Assembly: GCA_965228895.1 (NCBI GenBank)
Contig: OZ245842.1
Coordinates: 3,968,001 to 4,032,000 of the forward strand
Direction of reading: 5' to 3'
Origin: Alphaproteobacteria bacterium
Lineage (GTDB): Bacteria; Pseudomonadota; Alphaproteobacteria; SP197
Length of the DNA stretch: 64,000 bases
Shown: positions 27,685 through 37,470 of the stretch, in pieces
Layout of the letters: each line of letters opens with the position of its first letter
Position numbering within the stretch: the first letter of the stretch is position 1
The notes under the pieces: model-generated
What the model was told of the DNA's origin: nothing
Seen by the model: only the letters and a program-made list of their open reading frames with translations
Databases searched by the model: none
Program-made: the position numbers and the translations under genes

Positions 27685-28896
27685 ATGACCGAGACGCCTC
27701 TCCAGCTCACCAACCTGCAAGCGCGCCACCTGTTCATGGATCTGCAGGGTTTGGCCGAACCGTGCCACCTGAAGCTCACCAAGGACGCGCTTTACGATCT
27801 CATCGAGCGCATGGGTTTCGTGCAGCTCGACAGCATCTCGACCGTTGAGCGCGCCCATCACCTGACGCTCTATTCACGTTACCAGACCTACCGTCCGCGC
27901 CATCTGGAGCGGCTGATCGAAGACGACAGGATGCTGTTCGAGAATTGGACCCACGACGCTTCGGTCATCCCGACCCGGTTCTATCCCTATTGGAAACACC
28001 GCTTTGCGCGCCGCCGCGACGAACTGCACGCCAACGCTTGGTTCAACGAACGTGTCGGTGAGAACGGCCATGAAGTCATTACCAAACTGATCGGCCACGT
28101 TCGTGACAACGGCCAATCGATGTCGCGCGACTTCACCGACGATGAGCACAACGGCGTCAAAGGCGGCTGGTGGCATTGGGGGCCGTCGAAGGCGGCGCTG
28201 GAATATCTGTGGCTGACCGGCGAACTGGCCGTCGCCAAGCGCATCAACTTCCAGAAGGTCTACGATCTCACCGAACGCGTCATTCCCGGTGAGCACCATG
28301 AGCGGGAACCGGATTGGGAAGAGTGTGTCGACTGGCATTGTACGTCGGCGCTCGACCGCTTGGGTACGGCGACGCCCGGCGAACTCGCGCAGTTCTGGGA
28401 TGCCTTCTCGCCGGATGTTGCGAAGACGTGGTGTGCCGAGAACAAAGATCGGTTACAGGTCGTCGAAGTCGCCTCGGCCAACCGCGGCAAACCCCGCGCG
28501 GCGTACGCTTGGCGCGACCTGGAGGACCGGCTGGCAGGCGTGCGCGAACCGGCCGCGCGCTTGCGGTTCTTGAGCCCGTTCGACCCGGTCATCCGCGACC
28601 GCAACCGCGCCCAGCGCCTGTTCGGTTTCGACTATCGTTTCGAAGCCTTCGTACCCAAGGCCAAGCGGCAGTATGGCTATTACGTGCTGCCGATTCTGGA
28701 AGGCGAGCGTTTTGTCGGCCGCATCGACATGAAACACCATCGCGCCGAAGGCCGGCTGGCGGTCAACGGTCTGTGGTGGGAACCGAAGGTCAAGGCGGGC
28801 ACGGGCCGTGTCGCGGCGTGCCAAGCCGAACTGGAACGCCTTAGACGTTTTATCGGCGCCGAGGCCATCGACGATTCGACCGGTCTGCTCGGCTAA
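27685..28896 (+). CDS. YcaQ-family winged-helix DNA glycosylase (crosslink repair)
   Basis: VQLDSI (QxD), ERAHHL, LFENWTHDAS, LSPFDP, YGYYVLPIL. Confidence 0.88.
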   Translation: MTETPLQLTNLQARHLFMDLQGLAEPCHLKLTKDALYDLIERMGFVQLDSISTVERAHHLTLYSRYQTYRPRHLERLIEDDRMLFENWTHDASVIPTRFYPYWKHRFARRRDELHANAWFNERVGENGHEVITKLIGHVRDNGQSMSRDFTDDEHNGVKGGWWHWGPSKAALEYLWLTGELAVAKRINFQKVYDLTERVIPGEHHEREPDWEECVDWHCTSALDRLGTATPGELAQFWDAFSPDVAKTWCAENKDRLQVVEVASANRGKPRAAYAWRDLEDRLAGVREPAARLRFLSPFDPVIRDRNRAQRLFGFDYRFEAFVPKAKRQYGYYVLPILEGERFVGRIDMKHHRAEGRLAVNGLWWEPKVKAGTGRVAACQAELERLRRFIGAEAIDDSTGLLG

Positions 28897-28918
28897 CCCG
28901 TTCAAAGGAAAAACCTCC

Positions 28919-29425
28919 ATGATGCATCACAAGGCGTTCGTGCCGCCCGCCTTCGACGTACCGGAACGACTCGAAACAGCGCGATTCACCCTTCGCATGC
29001 TGACCATCCACGACCTGATCAAGGACTACGACGCCGTCATGTCGAGTGTCGAGCAGCTGCAGGGAAGCTACAGCGCGGTCTCCGGCAGCACGTGGCCGGA
29101 GGGCCTGACGCTGGAGGAGGATCTGATCGACCTCGCCTGGCACCAACGCGAGTTCACGATCCGCTCGTCGTTCGCCTATACGATGATGGCGCCGGACGAG
29201 TCGATGTGCCTGGGCTGCGTCTACATCAACCCAAGTATCAAGCAGGGTTACGACGCCATGGTGATGCTGTGGGTCCGCACGTCGGAACTTGCCAACGGTC
29301 TGGATGACGAGCTCTTTGCGACGGTTTGTTCGTGGGTTGCCGGCGATTGGCCGTTCGAAAACGTCGCCTATCCCGGCCGCGACATCAGCGCCGCCGACTG
29401 GCACGCCCTGACAGACAAGGCGTGA
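28919..29425 (+). CDS. GNAT-like N-acetyltransferase
   Basis: DYDAVMSS, DLAWHQREF, SFAYT, LGCVYINP, WPF. Confidence 0.7.
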   Translation: MMHHKAFVPPAFDVPERLETARFTLRMLTIHDLIKDYDAVMSSVEQLQGSYSAVSGSTWPEGLTLEEDLIDLAWHQREFTIRSSFAYTMMAPDESMCLGCVYINPSIKQGYDAMVMLWVRTSELANGLDDELFATVCSWVAGDWPFENVAYPGRDISAADWHALTDKA

Positions 29426-29445
29426 TGCCGGCGGCGCATTGACGC

Positions 29446-30294
29446 TTAGAAGTGAATGACCAGATCGGTCGTGACGCGTGACCCGAAGACGCTGTTGTCG
29501 TTGCTCGTGACCTCAGTTTCAGCACCAAAACCCAGCAATGTGTTGTCATTAATGCGATAGCGGAAACCGCCGCCCATCGTCACCGTCGTGCCGCGATCGG
29601 AGCTGCCGAAGTTTGCAACATCGGCACCGTCGAGCTTGGCCAGCGCACCGGTGATCCGGTTGGCATGGTTGAAGGCGGTGAAACCGTTCGCCTCGACCAG
29701 CGGGAAGAAACCCGGCCACAGCTCGTAGTCGGCGTGCAGCGAGTAGTGGATGAAGGAGTCATCGACATTGTCGTCGACGGCAACGTTCGCACCGAAGCTA
29801 CCTTGCACGCCCACACGACCGATCAACGTCGATGCCGTGATGAACGGATTGACGAAAGCATCGCCATCCCCGGCCAGTTCTATCCCGGTGGTCTCCAGAT
29901 CGTTGACCGGGATCTCGTAGCGGATGCCGGCGGTAACCAGCGTCTCGCTCTCGGCAATGGAAATGAAGTTGTACTTCAGGCCCGCCGCGATGTTGTTCCA
30001 GCCATCCGTATCGGCAAGACCCGCCTTGAAGTTGTACCAGGTATAGCCATCCTTGGTCGCGATCAGGCCAAGACGCTCGGTGATCGCGAGCCGACCCTGC
30101 AGCGCGACGACATTGGCATGCCCGCCGCCGGTCACGAAATCGCTGGGCAGATCGTGATAGGCATAGAGCGGTTTGACTTCCGTCGTGATGTAAGGCGTTT
30201 CGTTGAACAGAAAGTCGGTAACCGGCGGCACGTAGCGACTGTGCAGGCCGTCACCGAGTGATCCCTCAAGGTCCAACCCCAGAAAAGGATCAAG
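29446..30294 (-). pseudogene. Outer-membrane beta-barrel-like protein, apparently 5'-truncated (5' boundary approximate)
   Basis: Alternating amphipathic strands and C-terminal Phe (DLVIHF); no signal peptide or convincing RBS/start upstream. Confidence 0.5.
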
Positions 30295-30458
30295 CCGCGC
30301 CCCCCAAATCCGAACAGCATATTTCGATAGCCTGTGGTTGTTGCACGCAGTCGGCAGTTCGACCTGTGGTGACCAATCACAACGGCCAGAGCTCATCGAG
30401 CGCCGGGCCGACGCACCGCACATCGATCGGTCCGCATCTCAACGAAAAAAGTAGAAAG

Positions 30459-30477
30459 ATTATTGTAATACGATAAT
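30459..30477. promoter_or_regulatory. Palindromic operator upstream of the DUF2975-XRE operon
   Basis: ATTATTGT-AAT-ACGATAAT (7/8 inverted match) in an AT-rich promoter region. Confidence 0.6.
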
Positions 30478-30518
30478 AAATGCGATTAAGATGCCAAAAC
30501 CAGCATTGGAGGACGGAC

Positions 30519-31052
30519 ATGAGCAGAGACAGGATTCGCCGGGTCAGCCGCATCATGTCGGCCTTGTGTCTGATCGGCATGGTCGGCTTGCCGGTCTCCT
30601 TGGCGCTTGGCTGGTGGTACCCGCAGATACTCGGCGGCCCCTACCCGGCGAGCGAGGGTCTTTGGGGCGCCCCCGATGACCTGCCGGCCGTGAACCGCCT
30701 CCTTGGCTTCGTGGTGTCCATGGTACCGGCCGGTATTCTGATATTCGGCTTGGCGCGTTTGCGCGCGATGTTTGGCCTTTATCAGGCCGGCGAGATCTTC
30801 AGCGTTCGGTCGGCGCGTTGCCTGAAACAGTTCGCGATGACCGTCTCGGTGCAAGCCCTCCTTCAGCCTCTTGCCGGCGCCGCCCATTCGGTGATCGTCA
30901 CGTTTGATAACCCGCCGGGCGAACGCATGCTGACCTTGTCCTTCGGCAGCGCCGAGTACTCGGCGATCCTGCTCGGTGGGTTGCTGCTTGTGATCGCCTG
31001 GGTCATGGGCGAAGGCGCCAAGATGGCGGACGAGAACCGTCAGTTCGTCTGA
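30519..31052 (+). CDS. DUF2975-family membrane protein
   Basis: 4 TM segments, GEIFS, C-terminal MADENRQFV, followed by an XRE gene. Confidence 0.82.
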   Translation: MSRDRIRRVSRIMSALCLIGMVGLPVSLALGWWYPQILGGPYPASEGLWGAPDDLPAVNRLLGFVVSMVPAGILIFGLARLRAMFGLYQAGEIFSVRSARCLKQFAMTVSVQALLQPLAGAAHSVIVTFDNPPGERMLTLSFGSAEYSAILLGGLLLVIAWVMGEGAKMADENRQFV

Positions 31053-31065
31053 GAGGGAGCGCGCC

Positions 31066-31278
31066 ATGGCCATCATCGTCCGGCTTGATGTCATGCTGGC
31101 ACGCCGCAAGATGCGCTCGAAGGATCTGGCGCAGCAGATCGGCATCACCGAACAGAATGTCTCGTTGCTCAAATCCGGCAAGGTCAAAGGCGTCCGGTTC
31201 GAAACACTCAATCGGATTTGCGAGGTTCTCGACTGTCAGCCCGGCGACCTCCTGGAGTTCGAATCGGACCCAACATAG
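31066..31278 (+). CDS. XRE/Cro-family HTH regulator (YozG-like)
   Basis: MAIIVRLDVMLARRKM...GITEQNVSLLKSGKVKGVRFETL...CQPGDLL. Confidence 0.92.
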   Translation: MAIIVRLDVMLARRKMRSKDLAQQIGITEQNVSLLKSGKVKGVRFETLNRICEVLDCQPGDLLEFESDPT

Positions 31279-31281
31279 AAA

Positions 31282-31318
31282 GGGCCGGGTGCGCAAACTG
31301 TGGCGTGCACCCGGCCCC
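31282..31318. terminator. Hairpin between convergent genes
   Basis: GGGCCGGGTGC / GCACCCGGCCC perfect 11-bp stem. Confidence 0.6.
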
Positions 31319-31343
31319 TCCGTCCGATCACACGGTCAATGAC

Positions 31344-32429
31344 CTAGCCGCAGGTATAGAGACCACCTGCTGCCTGACGAATGGCGTCATAGTCCTTGAA
31401 GATCTGAACCACCTTGGCCTGGGTCTCGCCGGTTTCGGCGATTTCATCCCAGAACGAGGCGGCGGCTTCCTCGACCTCACGCCACTCGTCGGCCGGAATC
31501 GACTGGACCTTCAGCTTCGTGCCTTCGGCGCGCAGCTTGGCCTCGCCGCCCCAGTACCATTGGTTACGGTACTCGTGGCTGGCGCCGATCGCCGCCATGA
31601 CCACGCCCTTAAGGTGCTCAGGCAGTTCGGCCCATTTTTCCTCGTTGACGAACCACGATCCAATCCAGGCACCGGAGATGTTGTTGGTCAGGAAATAGTC
31701 CGTCACATCGGCCCAACCGACCGTGTAGTCCTCGGTGATGCCCGACCACGCCATGCCGTCCAACTCACCGGTCTGCACCGCGACCTCGGCGTCTTCGTAC
31801 GGGATCGAAACCGGCACGACACCGAAACGCGCCAAGAAGCGACCGGCGGTCGGGAAGGTGTAGAGACGCAGACCCTCCAGGTCGGCGAGCGACTTTACGT
31901 CCTTTTTGATGTTGAAGTTGCAGGGATCCTGACCGGCCGCCGATAGCCAGACGACACCGCCTGCCTTCTTGTAGGCTTCCGACCAGATCTCCGCGAAACC
32001 GTATTGCTCGAACAGCGTCGGCACGTCGAGCGCGTGGCGCGTCGCCATCGGGAAGTAGCCACCGAACACCGCAACGTCGACGGGCGCGGCCATCGAGTCA
32101 TCGTCGGAATGGACGGCGTCGATGGTGCCCGCCTGCAAGGCGCGGAACAATTCGCCGGTCGGCACCAACTGGTCGGCGTAAAACAGCTCGACTTCAAGCT
32201 CGCCGTTGGACGCCGCGTTGATCATGTCGATCGCCGGCTTCGTGACGAACTGCCCCAGCGCCGAACCGGCATAGGTCTGGAACCGCCACCGGATTGGCTC
32301 CTGAGCAATGACCGCCGGCGCGGCCAGTGTCGATGCCGCGCCTGCCCCCACAGCCGACACGCCGGCCTTCTTCAGAAAGCCGCGACGGCTCGCCGCTTTG
32401 GCCGCTTGTTTGGTTACTTTTTTCGTCAT
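31344..32429 (-). CDS. dctP: TRAP transporter solute-binding protein (Tat signal)
   Basis: SRRGFLK Tat motif, APAVIAQ, WRFQT, QTGELDG; follows dctQM. Confidence 0.92.
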   Translation of the reverse strand: MTKKVTKQAAKAASRRGFLKKAGVSAVGAGAASTLAAPAVIAQEPIRWRFQTYAGSALGQFVTKPAIDMINAASNGELEVELFYADQLVPTGELFRALQAGTIDAVHSDDDSMAAPVDVAVFGGYFPMATRHALDVPTLFEQYGFAEIWSEAYKKAGGVVWLSAAGQDPCNFNIKKDVKSLADLEGLRLYTFPTAGRFLARFGVVPVSIPYEDAEVAVQTGELDGMAWSGITEDYTVGWADVTDYFLTNNISGAWIGSWFVNEEKWAELPEHLKGVVMAAIGASHEYRNQWYWGGEAKLRAEGTKLKVQSIPADEWREVEEAAASFWDEIAETGETQAKVVQIFKDYDAIRQAAGGLYTCG

Positions 32430-32494
32430 TTTCTGCCTCCAGGCCTTTCTTTGATTTCAGAAAGCCGCCCCTGTGCTTTCTGGTTTTTGGTTGC

Positions 32495-33820
32495 TCAGTT
32501 TCCGTAGTGCCATTCGGGCAGCCACAGCGCGATCTCAGGGAACGCCATGGTCAGACCAAGGGCGAGGCACATCACGAAAACGAACGGGATGATCGATCGG
32601 TAGATGTCGGCCAGTGTGATTTCCGGTGGCGCCATCGCGCGCATCAAGAAGAGGTTGTAGCCGAACGGCGGGGTCATATAGGCGATCTGGCAGGTGATCG
32701 TGTAGAGCACGCCGTACCAAATGAGGTTGAAGCCGAGCTCACCGACCAAGGGCACATAGAGCGGCGCGACGATGACCAGCATCGCCGTGTCATCCAGGAA
32801 CATGCCCATGATGATGTAGGAGAGCTGCATCAAGATCAGCACTTCCCACGGGCTGAGCTTGAGGTCGCCGATAAACAGACCCTCGATCGCCTTGACAGCA
32901 CCCAAGCCGTCGAAGACGGCGCCAAACGCCAGCGCGGCCAGGATGATCCACATGAACATGCAGGTGACTTCCAGCGTCTTGCGCAGGGTCGTCTCCAGCA
33001 CCTTTCGGTTCAGCCGTCCCTTGACCAGAGCGGCCAGCGTCGCGGCCGTTGCTCCGACGGCCGAGCTTTCAACCAGGCTGGTGACGCCCATGACGAACAG
33101 ACCGGTCATCGAGAAGAAGATGAGAAACGGCAGAATGCCCGCGCGCAGAAGGCCGATCTTTTCCTTCCATGTGATATCGACGCGTTCCGCCTTGGAAAGT
33201 GGCGGGCCCAGATTGGGCTGCAGCTTGCAGCGCACGACGATATAGAGGACGAACAGGAACGCCATCATCAAGCCGGGCAACACGCCGGCCAGCCACAGTT
33301 GTCCGACCGGTTGGCGCGCGATCATGCCGTAGAGCACAAGGACGACGCTGGGCGGCACAAGGATACCGAGCGAACTGCCCGCCTGGATGGTGCCGGTTAC
33401 CATGACCTTGTCGTAGCCGCGCCGCAAAAGCTCCGGCAGCGCGATGGTGGCGCCGATCGCCATGCCGGCAACGGAGAGTCCGTTCATGGCCGAAATCACG
33501 ACCATCAACAGAATGGTGCCGACCGCGAGCCCGCCATGCACCGGACCCATCCAGACGTGGAACATGCGGTAGAGATCGTCGGCGATCCGCGACTCCGACA
33601 TGATGTAGCCCATGAAGACAAACATCGGCAGGGTCAAAAGCGGATACCACTTCATCAACCGGATCGACGCCGAGAACGGCATCACCGAACCGCCGTCGCC
33701 CCACAGCAGAAGCGCCGCCAGACCTGCCACAAATCCGATGGCGCCAAATACACGCTGCCCGGTCAGCAGCATCAGCATCATGGTCGCGAACATCAGGGCA
33801 GCGATGAGTTCGTAACTCAT
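32495..33820 (-). CDS. dctM: TRAP transporter large permease
   Basis: SSLGILVPPSVVLVLYG, TPPFGYNLF, PEIALWLP. Confidence 0.95.
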   Translation of the reverse strand: MSYELIAALMFATMMLMLLTGQRVFGAIGFVAGLAALLLWGDGGSVMPFSASIRLMKWYPLLTLPMFVFMGYIMSESRIADDLYRMFHVWMGPVHGGLAVGTILLMVVISAMNGLSVAGMAIGATIALPELLRRGYDKVMVTGTIQAGSSLGILVPPSVVLVLYGMIARQPVGQLWLAGVLPGLMMAFLFVLYIVVRCKLQPNLGPPLSKAERVDITWKEKIGLLRAGILPFLIFFSMTGLFVMGVTSLVESSAVGATAATLAALVKGRLNRKVLETTLRKTLEVTCMFMWIILAALAFGAVFDGLGAVKAIEGLFIGDLKLSPWEVLILMQLSYIIMGMFLDDTAMLVIVAPLYVPLVGELGFNLIWYGVLYTITCQIAYMTPPFGYNLFLMRAMAPPEITLADIYRSIIPFVFVMCLALGLTMAFPEIALWLPEWHYGN

Positions 33821-34326
33821 GACAGCGACCTCCCGGTGGCTGTCGCCAAGTCCTTGAAGAACTGCGAAATCGCCTGAAGCAGCATCAAGATGATGCCAAA
33901 GGTCATGACCGATTTGACCGGCCACATGAAGGGACGCCAGATCGAATAACTGCGTTCGCCAAACTCGATGGCATAGATCAGGCTCTCGACGCTGCCGTAC
34001 AGCAGCATGACCAGATAGCCGATCATGATCAGCGTCGTGAACGAATCCCACCGGCTCTGCCTCAGCCTGGACCAGTTGCCGTAGAGCAGATCCATGCGCA
34101 CATGGCCGTTGAGCTGCAGGGAATAGGCGCCGCCGACCAGGAAATAGGCGACCATCATGTATTGCGAAAATTCGACGGTCCAAAGGGCGGGGTTGAAGAA
34201 GGTCTTCGCGATCGCCGAATAGAACAGCACGCCGACCATCACGAAGATCATCATCATGACAGCGCGCCCAATCCAATAGTTCGCGCCGTCCACGACGCGG
34301 ACATACGCCTTAATGAATTCTGGCAT
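33817..34326 (-). CDS. dctQ: TRAP transporter small permease
   Basis: 4 TM segments, HVRMDLLY; ATGA overlap with dctM. Confidence 0.92.
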   Translation of the reverse strand: MPEFIKAYVRVVDGANYWIGRAVMMMIFVMVGVLFYSAIAKTFFNPALWTVEFSQYMMVAYFLVGGAYSLQLNGHVRMDLLYGNWSRLRQSRWDSFTTLIMIGYLVMLLYGSVESLIYAIEFGERSYSIWRPFMWPVKSVMTFGIILMLLQAISQFFKDLATATGRSLS

Positions 34327-34671
34327 TGATTTGCTCGAACAGGTCCCCCAGACGTCATCGGAACCCAATTCGCCCGAAACATCCAGCTTTCCCGTCGATC
34401 ATCCTGTCAACCCGGCAGACAGGCGACCATCCGGCGTCGCGGCAACGCTTTCCAACGCCGAGCGAGAGGCACAGAACGTCACGATGTGAGCTGCGTGGCC
34501 CTCAAGGATCGACCCCGACAAAGTCGTTTATTCGCAATAGGTTAGATAATGCGCCATCAATCCAGCAGACCGCGCTCGCCAGATTGCACACGGCGAGGCG
34601 CCATTTACAACCGCAGCCGCTGATCGGTCATCACAACAGTGCGACGCAATCCCACAACGTCGGGATCTGCA

Positions 34672-35028
34672 CTAGGTCGCAAGGTCCAAGAACGGTTGAA
34701 AGATCTGCGCGTCGAACGCCTTGAACGTGGCTTTCACCTCATCGCTCACGTCACCGAAGACCTCGACTCTCACGATCTTGGCAATCTCTTCGACATGGCT
34801 GACGTTCTCGCGGGCGTTCTTCATGTGCGCGACCAGCGCGTCGGAATCGGCATAACGTTCCAGCGAGACCGCGACGCTTCGGTCGTCATTGAAGAACTGG
34901 CTGAAAGAGAGCGTACCCGGCTCCTTCGACTTGGCGATTTCCCGTTCCCTTTGGCTGATTTCCGCAAACTCGTCAGCCTTGCCATCAGCGATGGCGAGTT
35001 CGACCAGAACGGTGACCTGCCCACTCAT
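34672..35028 (-). CDS. ABM/putative quinol monooxygenase family protein
   Basis: KEPGTLSF, ERYADSDALVAH. Confidence 0.75.
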   Translation of the reverse strand: MSGQVTVLVELAIADGKADEFAEISQREREIAKSKEPGTLSFSQFFNDDRSVAVSLERYADSDALVAHMKNARENVSHVEEIAKIVRVEVFGDVSDEVKATFKAFDAQIFQPFLDLAT

Positions 35029-35186
35029 CTCAAATCTCCCTGTCAGCTTGTTCTCGGACGTTGCGTTGGCTTGAGCCGATACGTGTCTGCCAGCGCAAAT
35101 CTAAACACAGCCGCAAGACGTCGCCAATGTCGACGGTTCGACAGGCGGCCTACCAGATCACGCGATGCCGGATTGCGATGGGCTCG

Positions 35187-36350
35187 TCAGGGGATCGTCT
35201 TGTCCAGGCCCCGCGCGATCTTCTTTTCAGGATCGTAAAACGGCAGATCGACGATCTCGCACGGATGGGTGGATCCGTCCGGCTTGGCCAAGGTCAGCTG
35301 CCGCCCGGACCACGCGCCCGTCTCGGCGAACTGGACGTAGCCGATGTTGCACGCGAGAAAGGGCGAGTAAGCACCGGCTGTCGTGCGCCCGACCACCTGG
35401 TCGCCATCAAGCACCGCGCCGTTCATGACCGGCATCGCATCGGTTGACTTCACGCCATAGATCCGCGTGGCCCTGTCGGCATCGACCAGGGCGTCACGGC
35501 CGATGAAATCGCTTTTGTCCATATCGATGAACCGTTCCAGGCCGGCCTCGAACGGGGTCATCGTCCAATCCATGTCGGTGATGTTGTCGAGAATACCCGC
35601 CTCCAAACGGCGGATCTCCATGGAACTGCCGCCGGAGAACTCCATGCCGTGCGGTTCCCCGGCGGCCATCAGATGATCCCACAGCCGCGGATAATCGGTC
35701 TTGTCGCCTTGGCTATAGACTTCGAAGCCAAGCTCGCCCGTCCAACCGGTTCGCGAAACATAGAGCTCCTGTCCCCCGAGATCGAAGAAGCCGGCATGGA
35801 AGTACCCCATGCTTTCGTCGATCGCGCCATCGGAGGCCATGCGCATAATCTCGAGTGAGGCCGGACCCTGGATTTGAAGCACGCGCGACTTGGGATCGCT
35901 GACCTCAATCTCGAAGCCGCCGCTGTGGGCAATCAACCAGGTCTCCAGCGCGCCGTCGGGCTGCACGTACCAGAAACGATTCTCCGCAAGCTTGAACAGC
36001 AGGCCGTCCATGAAGACCCCGCCTTGCGGCGTGCAGGCGATCGCATAGCGCCCGCGACCTTCCTTTAGCGTCGCGACATGTCGCGCGAGAACCTTGTCCA
36101 GAAACGGCACGACGTCGGGCCCCGAGATCTCCACCGGCCGTTCGGGCACGTCGTAGATCGCCGCCTTGCGCCGGAGCGCCCAGTATTTCTCAGCGGGATC
36201 GTCGCCGTTGAACATCGGATAGAGGCGCCCGGCATAGACACCGCACACCATGTCCGGGCGGCTGTAGCAGGGGAAGTAGGGCGATTGCTCGAACCGCCTC
36301 GCGCTGATGGGCACGGTCCGGCTGGCATCGCCGTGGATGGACTCGCTCAT
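35187..36350 (-). CDS. GcvT-family THF-dependent aminomethyltransferase/demethylase (DmdA-like)
   Basis: YDVPERPVEISGPD, QIQGP, SRTGWTGELGFE, RRLEAG, PFYDPEK. Confidence 0.88.
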   Translation of the reverse strand: MSESIHGDASRTVPISARRFEQSPYFPCYSRPDMVCGVYAGRLYPMFNGDDPAEKYWALRRKAAIYDVPERPVEISGPDVVPFLDKVLARHVATLKEGRGRYAIACTPQGGVFMDGLLFKLAENRFWYVQPDGALETWLIAHSGGFEIEVSDPKSRVLQIQGPASLEIMRMASDGAIDESMGYFHAGFFDLGGQELYVSRTGWTGELGFEVYSQGDKTDYPRLWDHLMAAGEPHGMEFSGGSSMEIRRLEAGILDNITDMDWTMTPFEAGLERFIDMDKSDFIGRDALVDADRATRIYGVKSTDAMPVMNGAVLDGDQVVGRTTAGAYSPFLACNIGYVQFAETGAWSGRQLTLAKPDGSTHPCEIVDLPFYDPEKKIARGLDKTIP

Positions 36351-36522
36351 GGCGCTTGGCCTCCCTTGGTTGCTTAGCGCAGAGATACTTAACAGTCCTT
36401 AGGTGACTTTGCAGCGCAGCGCGCCAATAGAACAAAGCCTTTCTAGCGGATGAATGTAGTATTCCTGGTCGGGACCACCGAGTCATTTGAACTGACCCCA
36501 ATGGTTAGATAAACTTACTTTT

Positions 36523-37470
36523 ATGGAATCGTGGCTTCCGTCGTTGAACGCCCTTCGGGCCTTTGAGACCGTGGCGCGGCATTTGAACTACCGCAAAGCC
36601 GCCGAGGAGCTTCACGTCAGCCCGGCGGCGGTCAAACAACTGGTGCGAAAGCTCGAAGACACGACGGGAACAGCACTGCTTGAACGCCGCGGCCGTGGCC
36701 TGGCCCTGACCGAAACAGGCGCGGTTGCGGCTCAGGATCTCTCAAGGGGTTTTCGGCAGATTGTCGATGCCGTCGACACCATGCGCCAAACCGATCGCGG
36801 CCGGCGTCTGATCATCACAAGCGACCCGTCGTTCGCAGCGGTCTGGCTCGTGCCAAGGCTGGAGACGTTCAAAGTGCAAAACCCGACGATCGACGTGCTG
36901 GTCGATTCCTCACCACAGATTGCCGACCTTCAAGGTGGCGCGGCGGATATCGCCATTCGCTTCGGCGTACCGCGTGATGACACCATGTTGTGCCACCGAC
37001 TGTTCGACGAAGAGTTTGGCGCGTATTGCAGCCCGTCACTGGCCAACGGCGAACCGGGCCTGCGCGACATCGAAGATCTCGAGCGCGTTCCCTTGCTGCG
37101 CTGGGATCTCTCGCAGTTCAGCTGGGCCTCGGTCACAGCCAGATGGAACGGCTGGCGCCATTGGCTGGAAGAGGTCGGCGCGCCCCATGTTCGGCCCCGG
37201 GCAGGGTTGCGCTTCAATGACTATAATCTGGCGTTGCAGGCTGCCATTGCCGGCCAAGGCGTCATCCTGGGCAGCGCCCCCATCCTGCGCGATCTGGTCG
37301 ACGCCAAGCTGCTTGTCAGCCCCTTCCGCGAGGTCGCCGTGACCGACATTGGTTACGATCTCGTCACAACACCGGCCGCCGTCGCGCGCACCGAGGTCGC
37401 GTCGTTTCGAGATTGGATCATGTCGGAGGCACGGTCCCAGCGGGCCGCGATGGATGTCCCGGCGACCTAG
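36523..37470 (+). CDS. LysR-family (GcvA-like) regulator
   Basis: LPSLNALRAFETVARHL...WLVPRL; divergent from the GcvT-family gene. Confidence 0.93.
   Translation: MESWLPSLNALRAFETVARHLNYRKAAEELHVSPAAVKQLVRKLEDTTGTALLERRGRGLALTETGAVAAQDLSRGFRQIVDAVDTMRQTDRGRRLIITSDPSFAAVWLVPRLETFKVQNPTIDVLVDSSPQIADLQGGAADIAIRFGVPRDDTMLCHRLFDEEFGAYCSPSLANGEPGLRDIEDLERVPLLRWDLSQFSWASVTARWNGWRHWLEEVGAPHVRPRAGLRFNDYNLALQAAIAGQGVILGSAPILRDLVDAKLLVSPFREVAVTDIGYDLVTTPAAVARTEVASFRDWIMSEARSQRAAMDVPAT

Noticed and set aside
32495-34276. Possible DctQ-DctM fusion (593-aa ORF)
   Set aside because: The extension is a different frame over dctQ; the two genes overlap by ATGA and are separate.
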